DNA of 64,000 nt, taken from Macrostomum lignano (taxonomy: Eukaryota). The stretch is taken from the NCBI GenBank assembly GCA_002269645.1, contig NIVC01000232.1, positions 67,173-131,172 on the forward strand. The letters are read 5' to 3'. The position numbers and the translations under genes are program-made. This document shows positions 25,128 to 39,150 of the stretch, one piece after another. Every line of letters begins with the position of its first letter. The stretch's first letter is position 1. Under the pieces are notes generated by a model. That model did not search any database, had not been told where the DNA came from, and saw only the letters and a list, made by a program, of their open reading frames with translations.

Positions 25128-27256
25128 ATGAGAATCTCACCCTAGACTGCTCCAATCTATGAGAATCTCACCCTAGACTGCTACAATCTATGAGAATCTC
25201 ACCCTAGACTGCTACAATCTATGAAAATCTCACCCTAGACTGCTACAATCTATGAGAATCTCATACTAGACTGCTCCAATCTATGAGAATCTCATACTAG
25301 ACTGCTACAATCTATGAGAATCTCACCCTAGAATGCTACAATCTATGAGAATCTCACCCTAGACTGCTACAATCTATGAGAATCTCATACTAGACTGCTC
25401 CAATCTATGAGAATCTCATACTAGACTGCTACAATCTATGAGAATCTCATACTAGACTGCTACAATCTATGAGAATCTCATACTAGACTGCTACAATCTA
25501 TGAGAATCTCATACTAGACTGCTACAATCTATGAGAATCTCATACTAGACTGCTACAATCTATGAGAATCTCACCCTAGACTGCTACAATCTATGAGAAT
25601 CTCACCCTAGACTGCTACAATCTATGAGAATCTCACCCTAGAATGCTACAATCTATGAGAATCTCATACTAGACTGCTCCAATCTATGAGAATCTCATAC
25701 TAGACTGCTCCAATCTATGAGAATCTCATACTAGACTGCTACAATCTTTGAGAATCTCACCCTAGACTGCTACAATCTTTGAGAATCTCATACTAGACTG
25801 CTCCAATCTATGAGAATCTCATACTAGACTGCTCCAATCTATGAGAATCTCACCCTAGACTGCTACAATCTATGAGAATCTCATACTAGACTGCTACAAT
25901 CTATGAGAATCTCATACTAGACTGCTCCAATCTTTGAGAATCTCATACTAGACTGCTCCAATCTATGAGAATCTCATACTAGACTGCTACAATCTTTGAG
26001 AATCTCATACTAGACTGCTCCAATCTATGAGAATCTCATACTAGACTGCTACAATCTTTGAGAATCTCATACTAGACTGCTACAATCTATGAGAATCTCA
26101 TACTAGACTGCTCCAATCTATGAGAATCTCATACTAGACTGCTACAATCTATGAGAATCTCATACTAGACTGCTCCAATCTTTGAGAATCTCATACTAGA
26201 CTGCTACAATCTTTGAGAATCTCATACTAGACTGCTCCAATCTTTGAGAATCTCATACTAGACTGCTACAATCTATGAGAATCTCACCCTAGACTGCTCC
26301 AATCTTTGAGAATCTCATACTAGACTGCTACAATCTTTGAGAATCTCATACTAGACTGCTCCAATCTTTGAGAATCTCATACTAGACTGCTCCAATCTTT
26401 GAGAATCTCATACTAGACTGCTACAATCTTTGAGAATCTCATACTAGACTGCTCCAATCTTTGAGAATCTCATACTAGACTGCTACAATCTATGAGAATC
26501 TCATACTAGACTGCTCCAATCTATGAGAATCTCATACTAGACTGCTACAATCTATGAGAATCTCATACTAGACTGCTACAATCTATGAGAATCTCATACT
26601 AGACTGCTACAATCTATGAGAATCTCACCCTAGACTGCTACAATCTATGAGAATCTCATACTAGACTGCTACAATCTATGAGAATCTCACCCTAGACTGC
26701 TACAATCTATGAGAATCTCATACTAGACTGCTACAATCTTTGAGAATCTCATACTAGACTGCTACAATCTTTGAGAATCTCATACTAGACTGCTACAATC
26801 TATGAGAATCTCATACTAGACTGCTACAATCTATGAGAATCTCACCCTAGACTGCTCCAATCTTTGAGAATCTCATACTAGACTGCTACAATCTTTGAGA
26901 ATCTCATACTAGACTGCTCCAATCTTTGAGAATCTCATACTAGACTGCTCCAATCTATGAGAATCTCATACTAGACTGCTACAATCTATGAGAATCTCAC
27001 CCTAGACTGCTCCAATCTTTGAGAATCTCATACTAGACTGCTACAATCTTTGAGAATCTCATACTAGACTGCTCCAATCTTTGAGAATCTCATACTAGAC
27101 TGCTCCAATCTTTGAGAATCTCATACTAGACTGCTACAATCTTTGAGAATCTCATACTAGACTGCTCCAATCTTTGAGAATCTCACCCTAGACTGCTCCA
27201 ATCTTTGAGAATCTCATACTAGACTGCTACAATCTATGAGAATCTCACCCTAGAAT
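25128..27256. repeat. Minisatellite, 31-bp unit ATGAGAATCTCATACTAGACTGCTACAATCT, about 68 copies
   Basis: Directly visible. Variation is concentrated at three biallelic sites (TA/CC, A/C, A/T). Confidence 0.97.
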
Positions 27257-27914
27257 GCCACTTTATCGGTCCAAACGGTCAAAACCGACCCATCACATCA
27301 TTCAGTCCCTAGACTCCTTACGAACTTCCATACTTTATCACCTATCACCTAGCAATGACTCCACCTTTCCTTTTCTTCCCATTTCTTCCCCTATTTCTCT
27401 GTTCATCCTCTGAACCCAATCTTGGCTTGGCCCATCATTACAAAAAACCGCAATGAACTCCCCCTAGGCGGGATCAGAATTGATTTCTTATACATATAAT
27501 AGAGTAGCACAGGGCTGCATGACAACTAAACGAGATCAGTCGTGAGTCACGAGAGTTGAGAGCTGAGGTACATCTCTCTGCTTAGTGATTAATATCGATA
27601 TATCGATAGTTCTCGATTCAAATTAAAGCACAGATACACACACTCACACACACACATCTCCCTGCAGTAACCCAAGTGCAGGAGGACTTCCGAACTGTCA
27701 TGTCAGAATTTATGTCATGTCAAGTTAAAACAACTTCGAGTGACATTGGCGTGGTCGAACCCAACGAACCGTTGACAGCAGGCTCCGGAAGTTCTGGCAA
27801 AGGCCTTCGTGATTTTTCTAGCAATAACTTACAGGTGAGCAATTATGCGTATTCTTTTTTGGGTAAAAATAATAAGTCAAAGTTAGATTTTACCAAGAAG
27901 ATGAAAGCGAAACC

Positions 27915-29150
27915 ATCAAGATGAAAATGGCGCCATCAAGATGAAAATGGCACCATCAAGATGAAAATGGCGCCATCAAGATGAAAATGGCACCATCAAG
28001 ATGAAAATGGCACCATCAAGATGAAAATGGCACCATCAAGATGAAAATGGCACCATCAAGATGAAAATGGCACCACCAAGATTAAAATGGCACCACCAAG
28101 ATAAAAATGGCTCTGATAATGGTTCTGATATTGGCGCCAACTGGTTCTGATATTGGCGCCATCTGGTTCTGATATTGGCGCCATTTGGTTCTGATATTGG
28201 CGCCAACTGGTTCTGATATTGGCGCCATTTGGTTCTGATATTGGCGCCAACTGGTTCTGATATTGGCGCCATCTGGTTCTGATATTTGCGCCATCTGGTT
28301 CTGATATTGGCGCCAACTGGTTCTGATATTGGCGCCATCTGGTTCTGATATTGGCGCCATCTGGTTCTGATATTGGCGCCATCTGGTTCTGATATTGGCG
28401 CCATCTGGTTCTGATATTGGCGCCATCTGATTCTGATATTGGCGCCATCAAGATAAAAATGGCACCATCAAGATAAAAATGGCACCATCAAGATAAAAAT
28501 GGCACCATCAAGATAAAAATGGCACCATCAAGATAAAAATGGCACCATCAAGATAAAAATGGCACCATCAAGATAAAAATGGCACCATCAAGATAAAAAT
28601 GGCACCATCAAGATAAAAATGGCACCATCAAGATAAAAATGGCACCATCAAGATAAAAATGGCACCATCAAGATAAAAATGGCACCATCAAGATAAAAAT
28701 GGCACTATCAAGATAAAAATGGCACCATCAAGATAAAAATGGCACCATCAAGATAAAAATGGCACCATCAAGATAAAAATGGCACCATCAAGATAAAAAT
28801 GGCACCATCAAGATAAAAATGGCACTATCAAGATAAAAATGGCACCATCAAGATAAAAATGGCACCATCAAGATAAAAATGGCACTACCAAGATAAAAAT
28901 GGCGCCATCAAGATAAAAATGGCACCATCAAGATAAAAATGGCACCATCAAGATAAAAATGGCACCATCAAGATAAAAATGGCACCATTAAGATAAAAAT
29001 GGCACCATCAAGATAAAAATGGCACCATCAAGATAAAAATGGCACCATCAAGATAAAAATGGCACCATCAAGATAAAAATGGCACCATCAAGATAAAAAT
29101 GGCACCATCAAGATAAAAATGGCACCATTAAGATGAAAATGGCACTATCA
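27915..29150. repeat. 20-bp minisatellite AAGAT(A/G)AAAATGGCACCATC interrupted at about 28115-28445 by the 22-bp GGCGCCATCTGGTTCTGATATT family
   Basis: Directly visible. The switch back at 28441 occurs at the shared core TGGCGCCATC. Confidence 0.95.
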
Positions 29151-29740
29151 AATTTAAAGTGCCTTTTTCTTAGAAATGGCTCCCCAAATTAAAAGTACAT
29201 CGAAACTGTCTCACCTGAACTTTCACCTAACTGACAAGCTCATCAGCTACTGTAGTGACTCAAGTGAGGCATCTCATTGTAACAAAGCCGTCTTCCTCTC
29301 GAACTAATTGCCTCAGTTAGTTGCTATGGCGTCAGTCATTCGAATAGTTGAGGTAGAGAATCCAATCAAACTCGAGAGATTTTCGGCTATTATTACAATA
29401 TATAGAACGTTCCATCCTTTCGTCTAATTTCCAGGAAACACATCACTACACAACTAGTTCACAATCTTCTGTTGACAGCAACGCTCTAATAACTACAGTG
29501 CCTGTAATTTCTACTGTGCAATCCTGGATACGACCGCCTCTGCAACCTCTGCTATTTGTCAATAGTCATCAGAGCGGAGACACCGACAGTCAGCTATCTG
29601 CAGTTGCCAAGGACTTGCAGCAGGAAACCGAGGAGCTTCCGGCAGGTGAAATGCTACTGAGAGGCCTCGACGACCTCAGCAGTGCTGAAGGGGTAAGCAA
29701 GATTATCGATTTCTTAAGTAGCTTTAAGTATGAACTTCAC

Positions 29741-30124
29741 TGAATCTTCAGTCCCTGAGTCTGCCTCTTCACTGATTCTTCAGTCCCTGAGTCTGCCTCT
29801 TCACTGATCCTTCAGTCCCTGAGTCTGCCTCTTCACTGATTCTTCAGTCCCTGAGTCTGCCTCTTCACTGATTCTTCAGTCCCTGAGTCTGCCTCTTCAC
29901 TGATCCTTCAGCCCTTGAGTCTGCCTCTTCACTGAATCTTCAGTCCTTGAGTCTGCCTCTTCACTGGTCCTTCAGTCCCTGAGTCTGCCTCTTCACTGAT
30001 CCTTCAGTCCCTGAGTCTGCCTCTTCACTGAATCTTCAGTCCCTGAGTCTGCCTCTTCACTGGTCCTTCAGTCCCTGAGTCTGCCTCTTCACTGAATCTT
30101 CAGTCCTTGAGTCTGCCTCTTCAC
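29741..30124. repeat. Minisatellite, 32-bp unit TGAATCTTCAGTCCCTGAGTCTGCCTCTTCAC, about 12 copies
   Basis: Directly visible tandem repeat. Confidence 0.95.
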
Positions 30125-30734
30125 TCCATCTAACGCTTCTCAACTTAGTGTAAGCAATTCCACAAATCCATATACTAAAACTGGTCTGTCGGTAGAAATC
30201 TATCTAGGCCAATTTCAGCCAATTAGCTAAAGTAAAAAGTTATAGAAATTTTGACCCAAATCCAATCCTACTTATTTGCTAGTGTAGGCAGTTTGGGCCT
30301 ATGCTGATTAACTAACCCAAGGCCAAGTGCCCACAGTTAGTATATGTGAGCCACAATTCTTAGCGATCATTGGGAGTGCAGGGGAATAACTCTTGGCTGA
30401 TTTGCATAAGCAACGAAAATTAAAGAGTTTTAAGTAAGCTGATGAACTATTGGGCTTTGGTAACTTGAAATAAAGCCTCTGCCTGATCATGATGGCCGCT
30501 CATCAGCACACCTGTCTGTCAGGGGGGCCTCTTTCCTATCTGTTTGACTTTCCTGTGTGCCGGAGCATCACTCATCACTCTTCACTCTACGAATCTTTAA
30601 ACCTGAAATGGAATAAATGTGAAAGTTTGAATAGCCGCTACTAAAAGTAGTTTTATAGGTTAAACTATTGCGCAAGAGTATAATTAACAAAAATAATTCA
30701 ACTAAGATAAATTTTGCTTTCTGGTGGATATACA

Positions 30735-31195
<461 letters not shown>

Positions 31196-32179
31196 CGCGC
31201 CGAGTTATCAGCCAGTGCCACTCAGGGGCAAATCCAAGATCAGTCACAGGCTGGCTCCAAATAAATTATGCAGTCATAATGCGGGGCCCCAGACTCCTTA
31301 AAAATGTCACGAAGCCACTTCGCCTAAGTTAATCTCCTGGAGGGGGCAACTTCTGGCTGCAGGTTTGGGGGCGCCTTCTCCTCATTAATTATTAATTAGA
31401 TTTATGCGTTTCACGCTAAGCTGAGCTCAAAACATGGATACCGTGAAGTGAAGGATAAATAGAACTCCAGGTATGTCTCCGGGATGCGACTTGGCGCACT
31501 GAAACCAGCTTTTTCTGCCAGTCAACACTTTTTTGCATTTCTGTGCAGCAAATTCGCATCGAACATGGCTTTGATCGCTGAGGTAAGCTTTCCCAGTTTC
31601 TGTCTTGTGCAGCATTCGATATGGCTGCTGAATCATCCTGAACATCTTCCCAGGATGCGTCATCATTCTGTGTACGTAGGAAAACGTTTTCGGGAATTTG
31701 TGCAGATAGAAAATTGACGGTTGATGCTTATTCAGCGCTGCGTTCACTCCTGGCCTGGTGATGCAGGGCGATGGGTGGCATTGCGATGGAGTCTGTAGTA
31801 CAGTCACCCGGTGCCATGGTAACAACCCCCAACCCAGATAATTTGCTTGAATATCAGACTGATTAACCCTTTCACAATACCGATTTCTACCTCGTATATG
31901 GTCAGGTTCATTTTTTGTTTTAATAAACTGCCGATTTTGAAAAAAAACTGACTCGACTAAATTTTTAAGTGACCTATGTAGGGCACTCTCTCTAGAGACT
32001 CAAGTAAGAAGTGAACTCAAGCTTACTCTATGGACTAAATTATAACGACCTGCTATAAATATTACATTTTAGAGATTGAGCACTATTTGTGAACCATAAG
32101 CTCCTACTGTCTGGATACCTTACGGAACTCTTTTAGAGGCATTGAGCACTCAGTATCTGGAGATCCAACTATCAAGTGA

Positions 32180-32536
32180 CCCTGACTGACTGACTGACTG
32201 ACTGACTGACTGACTGACTGACTGACTGACTGACTGACTGACTGACTGACTGACTGACATGAGTGAGTGGGTGGCTGACTGACTGACTGACTGACTGACT
32301 GACTGACTGACTGACTGACATGAGTGAGTGGGTGGCTGACTGACTGACTGACTGACTGACTGACTGACTGACTGACTGACTGACTGACTGACTGACTGAC
32401 TGACTGATTGACTGACTGACTGACTGACTGACTGACTGACTGACTGACTGACTGACTGACTGACTGACTGACTGACTGACTGACTGACTGACTGACTGAC
32501 TGACTGACTGACTGACTGACTGACTGACTGACTGAT
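32180..32536. repeat. (CTGA)n microsatellite with a duplicated CATGAGTGAGTGGGTGG interruption
   Basis: Directly visible. The interruption occurs twice, at about 32258 and 32319. Confidence 0.97.
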
Positions 32537-33383
32537 TAGAATCATTGCCAATATTAGCTTAACTACCCCACCATAAATAAATGCATAAATTTATTAATCT
32601 TGCGCAGTTATAAATATTGCGCATATTGACTTACATAAATACTTTTGTAAGTGTATTGTAAATATTGTACACTTTATGCCCTATAACATTTACTGAAGTG
32701 TCAATTTCCTATAAGCAGACTGAATTAGTTCTACAAAAACTGGTGCCTCAGTTATGCGAACAGTTTGGTTCCGAGTTGAAATTCGATATTAGATTCGACT
32801 GTTCGACTTTTTGACTGTGTTTCTGGGCAGTTTCCGCTCGCTCAAACTTGGAGGTCTCTCGATCTCGTAATGTCAAAGTTCCATCGAGTTTCCAACTCGA
32901 ATTTCACCCAACTAGCCCCATCGGAACCCCCCCCCCAACGAAAAAAGTCAACCGATGAGAAATGATGGCGGAATACAACAATTATAAAATGGGTTGTTCG
33001 ATCAGCACTCTGCCGTGACGTTGGGTGCTTACTGACGATAGCTGGACACTTCCGGAGCTAATTTCACCATTAACTATCTGAAACCGTTTAGCCAATCTTC
33101 CCTTCAATTTTTGGAATAATAAAACTCTGAAAAAGAGACGAAGTCCGCAAAAAAGGGAAAAAGTTGTCCCACTTTTTGAGCGCGAGTTGCCTCTAAAGAG
33201 CTACGGGGAATGTTAGAGGGAACAGATTTCGTTAACAACCTCGCAACGAAAAAATCCCACATGAAGTTTTAGGCCAATAAAATGCGTGTACAACTTCTTA
33301 CTAAAAAACCTTTCTGGGAACCTCTTGTTAGCGGACTAAATTGAGCACAAATTTATAGGGAAGAATACCAGGGAGTTATTTAG

Positions 33384-34252
33384 TTAAGAATCTGTTTAGC
33401 GCCACATTTTATAGTTTAGAATCTGTTTAGCGCCACGTTTTAGAGTTTAGAATCTGTTTAGCGCCACATTTTATAGTTTATAATCTGTTTAGCGCCACTT
33501 TTTAGAGTTTAGAATCTGTTTAGCGCCACATTTTATAGTTTAGAATCTGTTTAGCGCCACGTTTTAGAGTTTAGAATCTGTTTAGCGCCACTTTTTAGAG
33601 TTTAGAATCTGTTTAGCGCCACATTTTATAGTTTAGAATCTGTTTAGCGCCACTTTTTAGAGTTTAGAATCTGTTTAGCGCCACATTTTATAGTTTATAA
33701 TCTGTTTAGCGCCACTTTTTAGAGTTTAGAATCTGTTTAGCGCCACATTTTATAGTTTATAATCTGTTTAGCGCCACTTTTTAGAGTTTAGAATCTGTTT
33801 AGCGCCACATTTTATAGTTTATAATCTGTTTAGCGCCACTTTTTAGAGTTTAGAATCTGTTTAGCGCCACATTTTATAGTTTATAATCTGTTTAGCGCCA
33901 CTTTTTAGAGTTTAGAATCTGTTTAGCGCCACATTTTATAGTTTATAATCTGTTTAGCGCCACTTTTTAGAGTTTAGAATCTGTTTAGCGCCACATTTTA
34001 TAGTTTAGAATCTGTTTAGCGCCACGTTTTATAGTTTAGAATCTGTTTAGCGCCACGTTTTATAGTTTATAATCTGTTTAGCGCCACTTTTTAGAGTTTA
34101 GAATCTGTTTAGCGCCACATTTTATAGTTTAGAATCTGTTTAGCGCCACGTTTTATAGTTTAGAATCTGTTTAGCGCCACGTTTTATAGTTTAGAATCTT
34201 TTTGGTGCCACTTTTAGAGTTCAGAATCTGTTTGGCGCCACTTTTTAGAGTT
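33384..34252. repeat. Minisatellite, 31-bp unit TTAGAATCTGTTTAGCGCCACATTTTATAGT with alternating variants
   Basis: Directly visible. The reverse complement resembles the 20675-21780 unit. Confidence 0.95.
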
Positions 34253-34619
34253 TGCATTAACATTTATATACCAATTTTTCGCGGTGCCAAAACTTCACTA
34301 ACCACTGTTCGCTCGATGATTTCCCTTTAACTTCGACAGTCCATTTTGACCAGACGAAAATGCATAAATTTCCTAACAAAGAAGAACTGCATTGTATATG
34401 TCTCTATGCAAATGCTGCTGGGTGTTTATATCAAGTTTCCACTTTTGTTTACGCCAGTTAAAGCCCCACTTCCACCAAGCTGTTCCAAGCAGATCATTCA
34501 AGATTTGACTTCACGTAAAACTTGGATTTTGTGGTACCTCTTTGTGTGCTTGTGAAGTCAATATGAACATAACGCTCAATGCTAAATGAATTCGTAATTG
34601 TTGAGGAGACTATTTAAAC

Positions 34620-35000
34620 ATATTAAGGCGCTAATTCTCAAACATATTGAGGCGCCAATTCTCTAAAAGATTGAGGCGCCAATTCTCTAAAAGATTGAGG
34701 CGCCAATTCTCTAAAAGATTGAGGCGCCAATTCTCTAAAAGATTGAGGCTCCAATTTTCAGATATATTGAGGCGCCAATTTTGAAAGATATTGAGGCGCC
34801 AATTTCCAGATGTATTGAGGCGCCAATTTTCAGATATATTGAGGCTCCAATTTTCAGATATATTGAGGCGCCAATTTTCAGAAGTATTGAGGCGCCAATT
34901 TCCAGAAGTATTGAGGCGCCAATTTCCAGAGATATTGAGGCGCAGATTTCCAGATGTATTGAGGCGCCAATTTTCAGAAGTATTGAGGCGCCAATTTCCA
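34620..35000. repeat. Minisatellite, 24-bp unit ATTGAGGCGCCAATTTTCAGATAT
   Basis: Directly visible; 8-aa period in translation. Confidence 0.94.
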
Positions 35001-35439
35001 AATAAATGAAGGTTCGCTATGGTTTGAAAAATCTGCCAGTCTTAGTAACGGTCGCGTGCAGTCAAGCAACGGCATTTAGCGAGTGCACTAGCAGTGTATA
35101 TATGCAACAGGCGCACAATTTCTAGCAACTAAAGCAAAATGCACAACAGACCAAAGCTTGTGCTTTCGCGCCTCGCTAAGCAACGAATGCCTCTAAGAGG
35201 CAGGCGTGTTGCTATGCTTTGCCATGCTAATGTGAAATACAGACCAGCACCTACAGTCGTTAGTTGCTCTTTCCTACCCTATAACTGCTTTCTCTATTTT
35301 TTTCTCTTTATATTTCGATTTCTACCACAAGAAGCAAGGGCCAGTTTCTGGAGTGGGTGATCAGGGACATCGGTGTTCAGTCGCCGACCGACTTGACCCA
35401 GCAATTGACCAAGACTTTTGTTGTAGATTTCATGAAAAA

Positions 35440-35715
35440 AACACATTGAAACTTGAAGGTCGGGAGTTCGATTCCCTAGCTCACTGGAACAATTTGTGTC
35501 CTTGAACACTTGACAATTAACTCTGCATTGCTTCAGTTCACCCAGCTGTAAAATGGGTGCCAGCATTAGCTGGGGTAATTGAGGCTGTGTGTGGCGACCC
35601 CCAGTCCTTGGACTGAACAGCCGTACGCAGCCTTCAGATGCGCCGCGCAATAGCTGCGGCTGAGCTGTCGGTTGCACATCTGGCCCGAATTGGAGAAGGT
35701 GTAAATCAATAATCA
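35440..35715 (+). mobile_element. tRNA-derived SINE with CORE-like central domain
   Basis: Pol III B box GTTCGATTCC at 35466-35475. It is followed by TGTGTCCTTG...TGCTTCAGTTCACCCAGCTGTAAAATGGGTGCC (35495-35565), resembling the CORE-SINE domain. The A box is degraded and the ends are approximate. Confidence 0.6.
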
Positions 35716-36094
35716 ATAGAGTTCTTGAACAAATGCATAATCCACAACCGTCTGACTAACTATTATCAACAATCGGTTTCCAAACCAGATACCCTAAAAT
35801 TCCAAGATATGTTTAGAGCTCCCTGACGTTTCAGTTTACAGTTCGTGTATAAACAAGTCGATAAATTCAGCTCGGTATAGCCGCGGTCCTTCTAGTGTTG
35901 CTGATGAACAGGGACTGTGTATGAGGGGGGATGCTGTGCCAACCAATGGGGGTGAACGCAGCAGGATTTCGGGGGTTTATAGCGTTCAACGTTCAACTCT
36001 TTGGAACCCCAGGAACCCTGGCCGTTCAGCCCGGCAGCCACCCCCAAACCTCGAGCTGCGTATCCAGCGTTATAATATTAGACAGACATTGCTT

Positions 36095-36125
<31 letters not shown>

Positions 36126-36414
36126 CACAAAACTCTTCTTTTGACGTATTAGGCTGGAATATAAAACTTGTTCATACTATATAGATTTGCTGGAATCTAA
36201 GCTTGAAGCGAATCTTTCTTAAGATTGATCTCGATTTTCAAGTCGGAATAATGGAAGTTTTCTACAATGTTTTGCAGTGCAAATTGGTGAGGCCCTCGTG
36301 TGTTTATTTGGTGAATTTCTTAATTAATTTTAGTAATTATTGACATTTAGTAAGACAGCAAGTTCGGTTTCATGTAATGCATTTTAGTCTAATTCCAATT
36401 GGTTAAAAATCAGG

Positions 36415-37597
36415 CAGAGAGACAGTGAGAGGGATGCAGAAGCAGAAACAATGAGAGGGAGAGGGAGACAGTGAGAGGGAGACAGTGAGAGGGAGACAGT
36501 GAGAGGGAGACAGTGAGGGGGCGACAGTGAGAGAGGGAGACAGAGAGAGGGAGACAATGAGAGGGAGACAGAGAGAGAGGGAGACAGAGAGAGAGGGAGA
36601 CAGAGAGAGAGGGAGACAGAGAGAGAGGGAGACAGAGAGAGAGGGAGACAGAGAGAGAGGGAGAGAGAGAGAGGGAGACAGAGAGAGGGAGACAGAGAGA
36701 GAGGGAGACAGAGAGAGAGGGAGACAGAGAGAGAGGGAAACAAAGATAGGGCGACAGAGAGAGGGAGACAGAGAGAGAGGGAGACAGAGAGAGAGGGAGA
36801 CAGAGAGAGAGGGAGACAGAGAGAGAGGGAGACAGAGAGAGAGGGAGACAGAGAGAGAGGGAGACAGAGAGAGGGAGACAGAGAGAGAGGGAGACAGAGA
36901 GAGAGGGAGACAGAGAGAGAGGGAGACAGAGAGAGGGAGACAGAGAGAGAGGGAGACAGAGAGAGAGGGAGACAGAGAGAGAGGGAGACAGAGAGAGGGA
37001 GACAGAGAGAGAGGGAGACAGAGAGAGAGGGAGACAGAGAGAGAGGGAGACATAGAGAGAGGGAGACAGAGAGAGAGGGAGACAGAGAGAGAGGGAGACA
37101 GAGAGAGAGGGAGACAGAGAGAGAGGGAGACAGAGAGAGAGGGAGACAGAGAGAGAGGGAGACAGAGAGAGAGGGAGACAGAGAGAGAGGGAGACAGAGA
37201 GAGAGGGAGACAGAGAGAGAGGGAGACAGAGAGAGAGGGAGACAGAGAGAGAGGGAGACAGAGAGAGAGGGAGAGAGAGAGGGAGACAGAGAGAGGGAGA
37301 CAGAGAGAGAGGGAAACAAAGATAGGGCGACAGAGAGAGGGAGACAGAGAGAGAGGGAGACAGAGAGAGGGAGACAGAGAGAGAGGGAAACAAAGATAGG
37401 GCGACAGAGAGAGGGAGACAGAGAGAGAGGGAGAGAGAGAGAGGGAGACAGAGAGAGGGAGACAGAGAGAGAGGGAAACAAAGATAGGGCGACAGAGAGA
37501 GGGAGACAGAGAGAGAGGGAGAGAGAGAGAGGGAGACAGAGAGAGGGAGACAGAGAGAGAGGGAAACAAAGATAGGGCGACAGAGAGAGGGAGACAG
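36415..37597. repeat. GA-rich compound minisatellite (~14-16-bp unit GAGACAGAGAGAGAGG) with periodic GGAAACAAAGATAGGGCGAC interruptions
   Basis: Directly visible. Confidence 0.96.
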
Positions 37598-38309
37598 TTA
37601 ACAGGAAAGAGGGTGTCGCGTAAAAGATGGTTCAGATACAAAATTTGGTTCTAAGCAACGCAAACGAAATGCGATTAATGCGGAAAGCCATAAAAATGGC
37701 AAAATGTCGGAAGCAGACAATCGATTTCCCCACTGCAGAAAGCAGAAAGATAAAGACTGCGCGCAAAAAACAGAGACAGAAATTTCTTATGAAAGCTTTC
37801 AGAAGACGGCTTGGTCAGTTGGAGAAGCCGAGGAGGTCAATATGATAGGAAAATAATTTCTGAGCTGGTGTGCTGCAACTGCAGTCCCATAGGGCTCACC
37901 CCCCCTGGCAGGTCCAGTGGTAGATAAGCAATTTTGGACGAGGCCTTATTCCACTTGGCTGTCCCCCTCCCCACTGTAGCACTGACAGGACGGACTGTGG
38001 AGACTTCTCCAAGCCCAGCTCCCCAGGGATATTTAGGGAGAGCTCAAAAATGAAGCGTTCGGTTCTCATCTACCCTGTCTCTCTCTCTTTTCCTCTCTCT
38101 CTCTATCTTTTCTGACTTCTGGTCAACCCGCAAGTGTGGGCTTTTTCTTCCTTATTTTGCCCTCTTTTTGGCTTTTGATCTTAAGAATGAGGTCTAAACT
38201 TGGTGTTGAGGCCAGCTGCTATGCCTGTGTGTGCAGGTGTGGAGTGGAAAGTTTCATTTGAACAAATAATTCTTTATTGGAATAAACTGTAGATGGACAA
38301 GTTTCAAGG

Positions 38310-39150
38310 TACTGAGGTCCTGAAGTTAATGAAGGTCCCTGAAGATACTGAAGGTCCTGAAGATACTGAAGGTCCTGAAGTTAATGAAGGTTCTGAAGAT
38401 ACTGAACGTCCCTGAAGACACTGAATGTCCTGAAGATACTGAAGGTCCTGAAGTTAATGAAGGTCCTGAAGATACTGAAGGTCCTGAAGATACTGAAGGT
38501 CCTGAAGACACTGAAGGTTCTGAAGATACTGAACGTCCCTGAAGACACTGAATGTCCTGAAGATACTGAAGGTCCTGAAGATACTGAAGGTCCTGAAGTT
38601 AATGAAGGTCCTGAAGATACTGAAGGTCCTGAAGATACTGAAGGTCCTGAAGACACTGAAGGTCCTGAAGACACTGAAGGTCCTGAAGACACTGAAGTTC
38701 CTGAAGAAACTGAAGGTCCTGAAGACACTGAAGGTCCTGAAGACACTGAAGGTCCTGAAGATACTGAAGATTTTGAAGATACTGAAGGTCCTGAAGACAC
38801 TGAAGGTCCTGAAGACACTGAAGGTTCTGAAGATACTGAACGTCCCTGAAGACACTGAATGTCCTGAAGATACTGAAGGTCCTGAAGATACTGAAGGTCC
38901 TGAAGACACTGAAGGTCCTGAAGACACTGAAGGTCCTGAAGATACTGAAGGTCCTGAAGATACTGAAGGTCCTGAAGATACTGAAGGTCCTGAAGACACT
39001 GAAGGTCCTGAAGACAGTGAAGGTCCTGAAGATACTGAAGATTTTGAAGATACTGAAGGTCCTGAAGACACTGAAGGTCCTGAAGACACTGAAGGTCCTG
39101 AAGATACTGAAGGTCCTGAAGACACTGAAGGTCCTGAAGACACTGAAGGC
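38310..39150. repeat. Minisatellite, 18-bp unit TGAAGGTCCTGAAGA(T/C)AC, with higher-order block repeats
   Basis: Directly visible. Variants GAACGTCCCTGAAG and GTTAATG recur in blocks. Confidence 0.95.

Noticed and set aside
31427-31825. Several 77-132-aa ORFs on both strands
   Set aside because: No recognisable motif and no phase-consistent exon structure.
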